This document shows, piece after piece, positions 1 to 10,524 of a stretch of 51,329 nucleotides of DNA. Under the pieces are notes generated by a model. The model was not told where the DNA came from, ran no database searches, and saw only the letters and a program-made list of their open reading frames with translations. The translations under genes were made by a program, and so were the position numbers. The stretch is from Trichomonas gallinae (taxonomy: Eukaryota), in contig MRSU01000988.1 in NCBI GenBank assembly GCA_008369845.1, positions 1-51,329 on the forward strand, read 5' to 3'. The stretch's first letter is position 1. Each line of letters starts with the position of its first letter.

Positions 1-788
1 AGTGATTCATATATTGGTCACAAGAATGCGGCCTTAAAGCATTTCTGTGCTCCAAAAAGACTTCAGTTCTATGACCGTTAAGATTTTAACGTCATTTCTA
101 TCGTCATTGGTACACCTCTGTTACAGACATGAAAAAATGGCATTTCAAAATTTCATTCTGAAAAATTAATATAAACGCATAAGAATCTCGCACATAAAAA
201 GTAAAGGCTATTTTTAACACAGCATTAATATTATCTTTTGAATTTTACCGAAAATTAATTTTAAGAATTTTATCTGGTCCTATACTGGAATACTTAATGT
301 TTTTGACATATACAAAACCAGCTTAAATCATCTATGCTATACTGAACCCGATTTAAAGCCAGCCTAATAGCGAATAAAAAAAAGAACTTCGGTTAACAAC
401 AAATTATTGCATGTATTTGCTTATATTAACAATGATGGGCGAATATATCTATAAGAAAGGGGTTGAGTTAATAATCGTTTTGACAAAAACAAAACAAAAA
501 TCACAAATCAAAATTGAGAGTTGCGATCGTGAATCAGTTCTGTGGATATTTTTTTTGACCAACTTTGTATTTATATCTTTTAACTCATATATAATGGTTT
601 AGAACTAAATTGCTTAATTGAGATGATTTTGAAATATTTGTGAACACATTTGTTCCTACTTTGTGAGCGAACTTGAAATCACATTAATCTACTACAGATA
701 TGGAATAGTTTTAAAGAGATTTGGAAAAGAAAAATTATTTGTTTAGAAATTTTTGAAGTGAAATGAATTAATCGTAAAAATTTTTGGT

Positions 789-794
789 TCATTT
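789..794 (+). promoter_or_regulatory. Inr-like element TCATTT upstream of LDH
   Basis: TCATTT ends 7 nt before ATG 802, matching the trichomonad initiator consensus and position. Confidence 0.65.
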
Positions 795-801
795 ATTAAT
801 T

Positions 802-1803
802 ATGACGGAACCAGCACACGTTCTCATCACAGGAGCAGCAGGACAGATAGGCTACATCCTTTCCCATTGGATCGCAGGTGGCGAATTGTTTGGCAAGAGG
901 CCAGTTATCCTTCATTTGCTCGACTTACCTGCCGCCGAAAGCAGACTCACAGCTCTTACAATGGAATTGCAGGACTGCGCGTTTGACACACTTGTAGGCA
1001 TCGTCGCTACAACAGAGCCAGAACCAGCATACAAGGATATCGATGTCGCTTTCTTGGTTGCTTCAAAGCCATTGCTTAAGGGCCAGGTGAGAGCTGATCT
1101 TATCAAAGGAAACTCAACAATCTTCAAGGCAACTGGCGAATACTTGTCGATGTATTCCAAGCCAACAGTCAAAGTTCTAGTTATTGGCAACCCAGACAAC
1201 ACAAACGCTGAGATCGCTTTGTCATTCGCAAAGAACATTCCAAAGGAGAACTTCGCTTCTCTTAGCCTCTTAGATCAGAACAGAGCCTACTTCGAGATTT
1301 CTCGCAAACTCGGCGTCCAGATCTCAGATGTCCACGATATCAACGTTTGGGGCAACCACGGGGAGTCTATGGTTGCTGACTTGACAAACGCAACATTCGT
1401 TAAGAACGGAAAAACACAGAAGATCACAGACGTACTCGATAAAGAGTATTGCGAAAACACATTCTTCAAATACATCAGCCACAGAGGCTGGGATATCGTC
1501 GAATACCGTGGATTCAGTAGCGCTGCGTCTCCATCCAAGGCTTCCTTGCAGCACATGAAGGCTTGGCTCTTCGGAACAAAACCAGGTGAAACCTTGAGCT
1601 TTGGCATCCCAGTTCCAGAGGAGAACCCATACGGTATCAAACCAGGAATTGTTTTTTCATTCCCATGCACAGTAGATAAGGATGGTAAGGTCCATATCGT
1701 CGAAAATTATAAGATTAACGATTGGCTTCGTGAAAAATTGAATTTCACAGAAGCAGATCTCTTCAATGAGAAGAAGATCGCTATGGAAATCCTTAACCAG
1801 TAG
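802..1803 (+). CDS. LDH: Trichomonad lactate dehydrogenase (cytosolic-MDH-derived), 333 aa
   Basis: GAAGQIG nucleotide-binding motif, GNPDNTN, LDQNRA and WGNHG are present. The substrate loop ASKPLLKGQVR has Leu at position 91 instead of the MDH Arg. The first ATG is at 802 (the track start 784 is TTG). Confidence 0.92.
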   Translation: MTEPAHVLITGAAGQIGYILSHWIAGGELFGKRPVILHLLDLPAAESRLTALTMELQDCAFDTLVGIVATTEPEPAYKDIDVAFLVASKPLLKGQVRADLIKGNSTIFKATGEYLSMYSKPTVKVLVIGNPDNTNAEIALSFAKNIPKENFASLSLLDQNRAYFEISRKLGVQISDVHDINVWGNHGESMVADLTNATFVKNGKTQKITDVLDKEYCENTFFKYISHRGWDIVEYRGFSSAASPSKASLQHMKAWLFGTKPGETLSFGIPVPEENPYGIKPGIVFSFPCTVDKDGKVHIVENYKINDWLREKLNFTEADLFNEKKIAMEILNQ

Positions 1804-3222
1804 TTTATTTTTATTTATTATTTCTATCCCCCAAAATTCGAATTAAAAATCGAGTTTAATTAAGATCATTTTGCTTATAGCAACCATTAAATAATGAATA
1901 GCTACTAAAAATTGCATTTCATGATTCATAAAATTTTTCGAAAATATATTAGGATTTTTCTCATTGAATATAATAAAATATGGAATATAACTTTGCATAG
2001 AGACTAATTTTCGTAAACTTTTGAGCTAGTTCCGAAATATTTCATTACCAAAATATTAATATGGAAATTAGATACTAACAAAGTAACTTTCACTTCTAAC
2101 ACGAGACAACTGACATACCTGAAGAATCAATAAAGAGATAATCACTCGATATAATAATAATTAATATGCATTGTTATTTCTTCATAATACGCGACGAATA
2201 TAGTGAAATATAGACTGAAAACAAGTCTATGTTATCGATGCAATGTTTTAGGTAGCCTTATCCCTTAAAAAGGCGATCGACTAATTAGAAACATTCAAAA
2301 CTAAAACTTTGCAATCAAAAGTATAAAACAGTTACGTGTAAGACAGAAAATAGTGAAAAATATTTGGTTTTTCATATTTTTCCATTTGACATTCACATGC
2401 TATTTAAACTCACTGCTAGACCTTCAATTCAAAAAAAGTTCCGCACAAGACAATGGATAAAATACTAATGTCTAGGGGTCATATATCAAAATATTTCAGG
2501 AATAAAAAATTAATTGCATTGAAAAAACATATTCAGTAAAAAACATGTTTTATTTTTGAAATGAACTCTTGAGATATAAAGAATTATGTACCCGTTATTA
2601 TATTATTACGCTACAGATATGCATGGAGTAAGTTGATAGCTGTATTTTTATAAACATACATTTGAAAGCAATTACTGAAAGTGAAAATCCAGATCTATTC
2701 ATAACATATATTATATTAAATCCTGATAAACCAATTATTTTTTGAAAGAATAACTATCGTACATTCTGAAAATTGTCCTTTTGTAAATTGAATGTGATGT
2801 AAAGAATTTTATTTACGCATAGTTCACTTATAAATATGTTATAAGATGTTTTAAAGCAATTTATATTTTGAATATGTTGAATAAAATATCAGTTAATGAT
2901 ATAGTACATGATTTATATTAAAATATTCATTAATAATTTTTCAATCACTATCAATTTTCAGATAAATAATTTTTACGTTTATCTTTGTTATTCTATGATT
3001 TCATGCAAAACCAAGTCCTAAATTCAAAAAGAGTTTTCTTTCAAAAAATATCTAATAAATATTTATGATTAATATGACAAAGATAGCAGAATAATTTTTA
3101 CAAAAGAACACATTGAATTTTTCTTTTATTCATTAATCACCTGTATTTTTAAATAGAAGTATAATAAAGCAAAATTCGATTCTAAAAATGTTTCTTTGAA
3201 TCTTCAATCAAATATATTTTCA

Positions 3223-4338
3223 ATGGAAGAACTTCCAACTTTTGTCTTGAGTAGCTATAATCAGGTTTTTATGCTGACCGAGGACAATATGGAGGAGCTT
3301 GGTGATAGTGTTGTCATTCCAAGATTGCCTTTGAACGAATTGCTTCAATTAAATGCAGAAACTATTCACATACTTTCGAAAAAACGAGCAGTGGAGTACA
3401 TAACTGGCCCAGTAACAATAGTAGGTGATATACATGGAAATATCAGGGAACTTGTTCGCGCATTTATAATTAATGGGAAACCGCCGCAAACTAAGTATGT
3501 TTTTCTCGGCGATTATGTCGATCGTAATGAGTTTTCAGTAGAAGTTTTAACTTTGCTATTCTCATTCTTTTGCCTTTATCCAGATGATATCATTTTACTG
3601 CGTGGAAACCACGAATGCAGATCTACAAACGCAAATTACGGATTCAAACAGCAAGTAATGAATTTCTACAACAACGAAGATCTCTGGGAGTCATTCAACC
3701 AAGTTTTTGATTACTTACCTGTTGCAGCAATCGTCAATAACTCGTATTTTTGCGTCCACGGTGGCATATCACCATCAATAACCTCAGTTAAAAAGCTGGA
3801 ATTGGTCCAGTTGCCGCTCGATTTAGACTCAAATCCAAATAATAATCACATAAAAGAGATGCTGTGGGCAGATCCCTCGCAAAACGTTACATGCTTTGGC
3901 AAGGGTTTCAGAGGACAATCGATAACATATGGAAATTTCGCCGTTTTTGACTTCCTTCAGAATAATAATCTCCAAACTCTAATTAGAGGTCACGAGAAAG
4001 TAGATGGATTCAAAGAAGAGTTTCAGGGCCACTGTGTGACTGTATATAGCACATCAGTACCTACTCAAGGCCCTGACGTTGTTGGATATTTCTATATTGA
4101 CGGGAATCAGACAATACATAGACGCCATCGCCAGGCATTACCATTCCTCAAATATGAAGATGCAAACTTCTATCTAGCACAAAAGCCAAGAAAAATATCG
4201 CATTTGCCCCTAAATTCGCTTGTCTCGAAGAAAATCATCAAACCAAACATTCTAACCGCAAAGAGAGATATACTACAGATGGGTAGAATGAAGCGTGGTG
4301 GAAGCTTAATGAGTATTCAACCAGTTTCATTATTATGA
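3223..4338 (+). CDS. PPP-family Ser/Thr protein phosphatase
   Basis: Motifs GDIHG, GDYVDRN (usually GDYVDRG), LRGNHE, HGG, LWADP and RGHE. The first ATG is at 3223. Confidence 0.93.
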   Translation: MEELPTFVLSSYNQVFMLTEDNMEELGDSVVIPRLPLNELLQLNAETIHILSKKRAVEYITGPVTIVGDIHGNIRELVRAFIINGKPPQTKYVFLGDYVDRNEFSVEVLTLLFSFFCLYPDDIILLRGNHECRSTNANYGFKQQVMNFYNNEDLWESFNQVFDYLPVAAIVNNSYFCVHGGISPSITSVKKLELVQLPLDLDSNPNNNHIKEMLWADPSQNVTCFGKGFRGQSITYGNFAVFDFLQNNNLQTLIRGHEKVDGFKEEFQGHCVTVYSTSVPTQGPDVVGYFYIDGNQTIHRRHRQALPFLKYEDANFYLAQKPRKISHLPLNSLVSKKIIKPNILTAKRDILQMGRMKRGGSLMSIQPVSLL

Positions 4339-4570
4339 TCTGCCAATGGGTAGATCCGCCTAATATAGCTATTGACCAGACACTCTATAGTTGAAATCAC
4401 TACGTCTCAGCTGTTAATATATTGTATGTTATTTTTGTTTTTATAAAACATCATAGATTTTGATTCTATCCTTTATATTCATATTCTAATCATGTATTTA
4501 ATGCCAAATCCATGACGAAATCACTATGTTTTACCTGTGAAAAGACAACAAAACTTGATAAAATTCCTCT

Positions 4571-4642
4571 TTTGACATTTTACATGACAAAATAATTGAA
4601 TTGAAAACTTTACATATCATATTAATTTTGTAAAATGTCAAA
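4571..4642. repeat. 14-bp perfect inverted repeat TTTGACATTTTACA / TGTAAAATGTCAAA overlapping TTACATGACA
   Basis: Arms at 4571-4584 and 4629-4642, read directly from the sequence. Confidence 0.8.
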
Positions 4643-4777
4643 TAAAATTATTCGTTAAAGAAAAAATCGATTATTGCGGGATTTGAACCATTGACTTTTA
4701 AAATTCATTATATGTAAATTTTTTTATAAGTTGTTTTTGCTTATTCGCTGTTGGTTTGGAGATGAATCAAAGCATCG

Positions 4778-4784
4778 TCACTTT
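4778..4784 (+). promoter_or_regulatory. Inr-like TCACTTT upstream of ankyrin gene
   Basis: Ends 9 nt before ATG 4794. Confidence 0.65.
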
Positions 4785-4793
4785 TCAAATTAA

Positions 4794-6569
4794 ATGGATA
4801 ATTCTCTTTTCAATGTCGAAAATTTGGAATTTACAAGTATTGTAGATATTGAAATTCCAGAGTCATTGCAGACAATAGTAGGCCTAGGAGAAATGATCTG
4901 GTCAGTTAAATCAGAAGAAGAAGCTAAATCAATTATTGAATATGTTATTTCTAATGATATAACGATTGGATATGTTCTAAGAATGATTGAATACATCTCA
5001 TTACACAGAAAACGATACATAAAGTACTTACTCTTAGTTTTTGAAGAATTATATAAAAATCCGAAGCATAAACAAGAAACAATGAAAGTAAATGCCGACT
5101 TTGGAGTACTGCTGAGCTCCCACGACATAAAAATGGACTATTATGGATCTACAAAAAGTCCTGAAAAAGTTTTATCAATTTATGAAGAAAACACGCCATT
5201 TTACTTCTGTGTGTTCGATTTAATCGAAGAGTTGAAGAATGCTGCAGCACGTGCAGATTTTTATGTAGATTTGTCAACAAGAGAATATCAATTCGATGAT
5301 TATTCATTAAGTTTGCTTGATATATCTTGCAAATACGGTTCTATAGAATGCTTTAAGTATTTGATCATGAATGGAGCCAAAATTAGCCAATTTTCAGCAA
5401 AAATGGCAGTTGAAGGTGGAAATCTTGAGATAATTAGAATTCTTCAACGCGAAGGCATCAAGTTTGATAAGCTTTATTCATGGGGATGCGAATATCACCA
5501 TAATCACATCTGTGACTGGTTATTAGAAAATTATCAAAGCGATTTGTTGACATTGTGCGATTCTTTGCTGTACTATAACATAAAATCATTCCTTTTCTTG
5601 GTTGCCAATGGTTTTGATGTAAACAAAATAACAATTGTAATTCATCATAAAATTAAAATTACAAATTCGAAGAAACGCCGCTTACTGTAGTTTGTCAGCA
5701 TGGAAATGCTGAGCTTTGCAAGTATCTTATTTCTTGTGGAGCTGACGTTAATGTTACTGTTAGAAACAAAAGAAGTAACAAAATTCATCATTAATTTATT
5801 ATTTTACTCCTTTAGCTTTAGCAGTTGAGCGTAACTTCGTTGATATTTGCAAGATTCTCATTGATGCTGGCGCAGATAAAAATATTCATTTGAAATATGA
5901 AATTAATCATAATTTTATACAAAAATAGTTCATTTTTGGCTCATGATGTTCATTGTTTTATCATTTAGTTCATTATTTAGTAATGATTGCGTTAATTATT
6001 AATTTTTATGATTTATCATTCTAATATTCAGTTCATTTATATTGTTATGAATTTCATTTGCGTATTTATGAAAGAATTCATTGCTAAATTATATAATTCA
6101 TCATTTTTTAATGAAATAATTCTTTAATTTGTTATAATTCTCTATTAACGCTTGCTTGCAAACTTCACGCATTCGAAACATGCAAGTTCTTGATAGAATC
6201 AGGCCTGGATGTTAATTTCGTATACTCATACGAAGTAATTCCCTTTTATAATGATTATGTTCATCTTAAGTTTTCGATGTGGTTCATTATTTTTCTTATT
6301 TGAACGTTCATCATTCTTTTGCGATGTTCATCATTGTCTTTTGACACTCGACTCAGCGAAATCCATTATTTAAATATGAAACTTCTTTGACAATCGCAAT
6401 CGAGAACCAGGACGAAGACATTGTTGAGTTGCTGCTGAATAATGGCGCCGATGTTAAGTTGTTTGACGCTGTGCAGCTGGCTGAGAAATACAATAATGAA
6501 AAGATCAAAGCTATGCTGCAAAAATACGTTGTAGTCAAACCAAAATCTAGACATTGTTTAATCATATGA
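4794..6569 (+). CDS. DUF3447-type ankyrin-repeat protein, coding sequence split into five blocks, with C-terminal CaaX (CLII)
   Basis: The 4794-5636 block contains LLDISCKYGSIECFKYL, AVEGGNLEIIRIL and YHHNHICDWL. Further ankyrin repeats follow: EETPLTVVCQHGNAELCKYLISCGADVN (~5666-5773), FTPLALAVERNFVDICKILIDAGADKN (~5803-5900), NSLLTLACKLHAFETCKFLIESGLDVN (~6133-6234) and ETSLTIAIENQDEDIVELLLNNGADV..CLII* (~6369-6569). Confidence 0.8.
5885..6335 (+). repeat. Degenerate ~20-24-nt periodic TTCAT arrays inside the ankyrin gene's intervening sequences
   Basis: TTCAT at 5885, 5929, 5949, 5969, 6032, 6053, 6077, 6097 and 6260, 6283, 6307, 6327, with single copies at 5641 and 5784. Confidence 0.75.
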
Positions 6570-7071
6570 ATAAAAATCTGTTATTTTGTAAATATTTCTT
6601 CCTAAAAATCCACGGCCAAAACTTTTTAATTATATCATTTTCATCATAATATGAACCACTCATCAAAGCATATTGCAATATATTTTAAGGACGAAACTTT
6701 TCTTTGGCGACAATTTATAAAAAATCCATCAAATTTTACGACTTTCATTTTTTTTTAACATTTGCATGTTATATTGTCTTTTTCTCATCATAATAAAAAT
6801 TTACCAAAAATTGATGACTATAATCATTTGCCTGTGGTTTTTTAATTGATTTTGCATATTAGTAATGAATAATGCTTATCTATCCTGCACAATGGATATA
6901 TTATTGATCAATATCAAAACAGAAAAAAATATCATATACACATCTTAGTCACAGTAAATTAAAGTATTTTTATCATATTTATATGTTTTACTTGATTCAC
7001 CGCCTTCAATTAGACCTACTAGAAATAGTGGCACATATATCAATGTATAAGAAAAAAGACTTTTTATATGA

Positions 7072-8868
7072 CTAAGCATGAAGAACTGCATCGTGATTCT
7101 TGCTCTTTTTCTTCTTGCAGATTAGGCAAACAGCTAAAACGATCACGAAAATAACCAAAGCTACACCGAGAATTGTTAAGACAACAATCAAGATGACAAT
7201 AGGAGCTGTTGAAATTCCGCCAGTTGGTGTTGCGAATGTCTGGCTTAATGGCTTGAGTTGGATGTCAGTATTCATTTCAAATGGATCTGATGCGTAGTTC
7301 ATCTCTTGGAGTGTGACTGATCTGCAGAATCTCTCCGGGTCAACACAGTTAACAACAATATTATTAATACTCCAAGCTTGGTAAACTGTGTATTTAAACT
7401 CAACATTGAGGTTATTCTTAGTGCAAGTGATATGCTTCTGTTTGTTATAGTTGTCTTTGTTAACAGTGACAATTGTAAAATCAGAGAAATTATTGCAGGA
7501 ATAATTTCCGCATTCAATCATGCCAGGCAAAATAGCTTGGCCAGGTGGACACACCATATTGGGGAATTTGAACGGAATGTAATCATACGGCCAATCAGAT
7601 CCAATATTTTGGTCATTTAAGACATTGAAGAAATCTTTGCCATAGCAATATGGCGAAGTTTCTGGGTCGCTGTTTGGACAGCTAAATGTTTTTGTCTGAT
7701 CATTTTCTCCTGAGAATTTGAAATCAAATCCAACGTTATCATTATAAGTCTTGTTGTAAAGGTAATATTGAGGGAAGGATAGTTGTGCTGGATCAGTAGC
7801 AAAGCCTGATATTGGATTTCCATCAACTGAATATTTAGATCCCCAAACCATCGGCTTCAGCCATTGATAGTTGATCTTGTAGTTTCCTGAATCTACCAAA
7901 AATGACATAGAAACATCGGTTAATCGGTTGAATGGTCCGTTATTTGTTTGAATATTGACGCCAACCATCATTTCGCCGACATATACACGACTTTCTGGAT
8001 GAGCCATTGCTGTTCCTTGGCCTCCACCGTCTTCAAGTTCAATTCCTGACCAGCAAACTTGGCCATTATCTCCGTAAAAGTATTCCTGACCAAAATGCTT
8101 GACAGCGTATTTATGGGCCTGTGGAGAGTTCAAAAATGTGAAATTCTTGCCTCCTTTTGAAAGTTGGCAAGTGATATTTTGATGAGGGGTTTGTGAGTCG
8201 ACAGGGTGATACAAACCGTAAAGGGACGGGTTGATACCGAAAGCATGACACATTTCATGGACCAAAACGTAAAAATATTCGTTATCCCAATCATCATAAT
8301 TCGATGCCACTTCGCCAATGTAAACGGGATTGATAAATATCACACCTTGAATCGGTCTGAAGAATGTTCCATCGAGTTGGACGGCCGCACCGCAAGCAAT
8401 GACTTCTGAGCCTTGTGAAAAAGGCCTAAGGAATGCAGTGAAGTGCATATCGACGTTTTGCACTCTGGTGTTTGCAGGGATATCAGTGTAATCCGAAAAA
8501 TTGGTGAGATCAAAACCTTCTTTTAATGTTTGAACGTAAAGCACGTTTTGCATGTAAGCCTTTACATTCTCTAGTGTTTTTACAATAATTTCAGTCTGCT
8601 TATCAGTCGCAACGTCTTGTTTTGTGCATGTGTATGTATTATCCCATTTAACAACATCACCTGCATTGTAGCATCGCTTAGGATCCTTTATTGTACCATT
8701 AATATAGCTATAATCAATCTCTAATCTGATTGGATTAAATCCTTCTTCTTTGTATTCTTCATTTGTCCAGGAGTAATTCCTTGGATTGTGCTTGCCATGA
8801 ACATGGACATGCCCACATCGACGCTTTTTGCTCCTGGATAATCCTAAGGCTGCAAACAAAGTGAACAT
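7072..8868 (-). CDS. GP63/leishmanolysin-like M8 zinc metalloprotease, type I membrane protein
   Basis: HEMCH zinc motif, ELEDGGGQGTAMAHPESR (third His), EMM Met-turn, N-terminal hydrophobic leader, RCGH propeptide, and a C-terminal TM followed by KKKK. Confidence 0.93.
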   Translation of the reverse strand: MFTLFAALGLSRSKKRRCGHVHVHGKHNPRNYSWTNEEYKEEGFNPIRLEIDYSYINGTIKDPKRCYNAGDVVKWDNTYTCTKQDVATDKQTEIIVKTLENVKAYMQNVLYVQTLKEGFDLTNFSDYTDIPANTRVQNVDMHFTAFLRPFSQGSEVIACGAAVQLDGTFFRPIQGVIFINPVYIGEVASNYDDWDNEYFYVLVHEMCHAFGINPSLYGLYHPVDSQTPHQNITCQLSKGGKNFTFLNSPQAHKYAVKHFGQEYFYGDNGQVCWSGIELEDGGGQGTAMAHPESRVYVGEMMVGVNIQTNNGPFNRLTDVSMSFLVDSGNYKINYQWLKPMVWGSKYSVDGNPISGFATDPAQLSFPQYYLYNKTYNDNVGFDFKFSGENDQTKTFSCPNSDPETSPYCYGKDFFNVLNDQNIGSDWPYDYIPFKFPNMVCPPGQAILPGMIECGNYSCNNFSDFTIVTVNKDNYNKQKHITCTKNNLNVEFKYTVYQAWSINNIVVNCVDPERFCRSVTLQEMNYASDPFEMNTDIQLKPLSQTFATPTGGISTAPIVILIVVLTILGVALVIFVIVLAVCLICKKKKSKNHDAVLHA

Positions 8869-10524
8869 TTTGATTTTTTGATTTATCGTATTTATCTCAA
8901 TTTTAATTATACGATTGTTTGAAAAACAGCATTAGCTCTGCTTTCCTATATTCTTCGTTTGTTATTTCAATTTTTCAATTATCAAAGAAATTTATTAACA
9001 TTAATTTATTTAAATGCAAATTTTTATTTTTTATATTTTTTGAAAGTACTCAAAAATTTTCTGAGATTTATTCATCGAACAACATTTCATAAATCACTAA
9101 TTTATGTCCAATATTAAAAAAAGCAACAAAATTCAGAAAAAATTAGGGGCCCAAAATAAATATCAACTAGCTCCCTAGGATTTGGAATTTAAATTATTTC
9201 TTTTTTATAAAACTTTTGAATACTTCATTTCAAATACATTCAAACAAAAATAATCATGGTTTCACACACATTTAGGTATATCGATGATAGAAACAAAATT
9301 TGAACAATTTGAATAGTAAAGAAAATTTTTAGTTCTTTCAAAAAATGATCATTATAAAATATGATATATGCATTAAAATAATCAATATTTTCAAATAAAA
9401 AATTTATTCAAAATTAATAAAATTTATGACAAAAGTTTAACTCTTAAAATTGCTATTGCTACACTTCTTCCTTTCCGTTTGCAATCTCTACAATCCGAGT
9501 ATCAGCATCACAAGTGTTTCGATCCTTGATTTAGAAGAATTACTCGAGATTTAAAGATAAGGTTAATTTTCATAACAAGGTTAATATTCATCAAACAATA
9601 AACATAACAAAAACATCATGAAATAAGACATTCATCATCAGTTGCCTCAATTGACTCTATTGTATATATAACAATTTTCTTCCATTAATTGTATATTTTA
9701 GATATTCGACTTGTAATTTTCAATGGAAGAATGATACAACTATTCATCTTCTATTAGAACTTGTAGTTTTCAATGACTAACAGCATCAGAATTCAGTTAA
9801 ATCATGTTTCAATTCTTGTTTTGGCCACAAAAGTTATAAAGTATGATGTACATCCGATTTGTATATGTTAGCTTGATCTGGAGAATTTAGTTCGAAATCG
9901 AGTTGAATCATTTCTATATTTCTTTCTTTTTATTGACTCAGGAGGCGAAGCATATTCAACATTAATCTTTATGCAAAAAAATTGATTTGGTTTTATTATA
10001 AAATTAAGATATGTCTTGTTTGTTGACGCAATTATTGTTCTTCAATATTGATATTCTGTTAAAAATTATTCATATCAATAATAATTTCATAATTGGCTGT
10101 AAATTGATTGATATAATCGATACATATCAGTATTAGTCTGAATTTATAAATCAATTCATGTTGTTTCTGCATGAAATTTCAAATCAAATTTTATAATGAT
10201 AAATATTCCAAAAATATATTAACAAAACTTTATTTCCTCTTGATTATAAGAGAATTATTGTGATCAAACAAGATTTCAGTCTGGCCATATCAAAACTCAA
10301 TAATCCATTTTGAAATACATATCTATCATTGCAGATGTTACATAGATATAAAACATATATTATAATTGAAGGCATAAAAGATATAAAAATGGAAATAAAA
10401 ATTCCTAATTTCAAATTTAAAGATTTGTGAGCTAATTTTGAATATTTACCGAGAAATACTATATCAAAAGACTATTTTTATAACCAAAATCTCAAATAAA
10501 AAATTGGCGCCAAAAAAACTATAA

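Noticed and set aside
411..602. 63-aa ORF
   Set aside because: AT-rich, low-complexity translation with no recognisable family.
912..1670. Antisense and overlapping ORFs within LDH, and similar ones inside the other long genes
   Set aside because: Shadow ORFs caused by codon bias, with no motifs.
5775..5815. Canonical GT-AG intron reading of ankyrin insert 2
   Set aside because: It restores frame but deletes the conserved TPL motif and lacks the trichomonad ACTAAC branch site. Kept only as an alternative.
5885..6335. CRISPR-like array interpretation of the TTCAT units
   Set aside because: Eukaryotic context, only a 5-10-nt conserved core, and no cas genes.
9440..9960. Possible minus-strand gene relic (MLRLLSQ*KERNIEMIQLDFELNSPDQ..)
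   Set aside because: Coding-like but no family recognised, so it cannot be supported.
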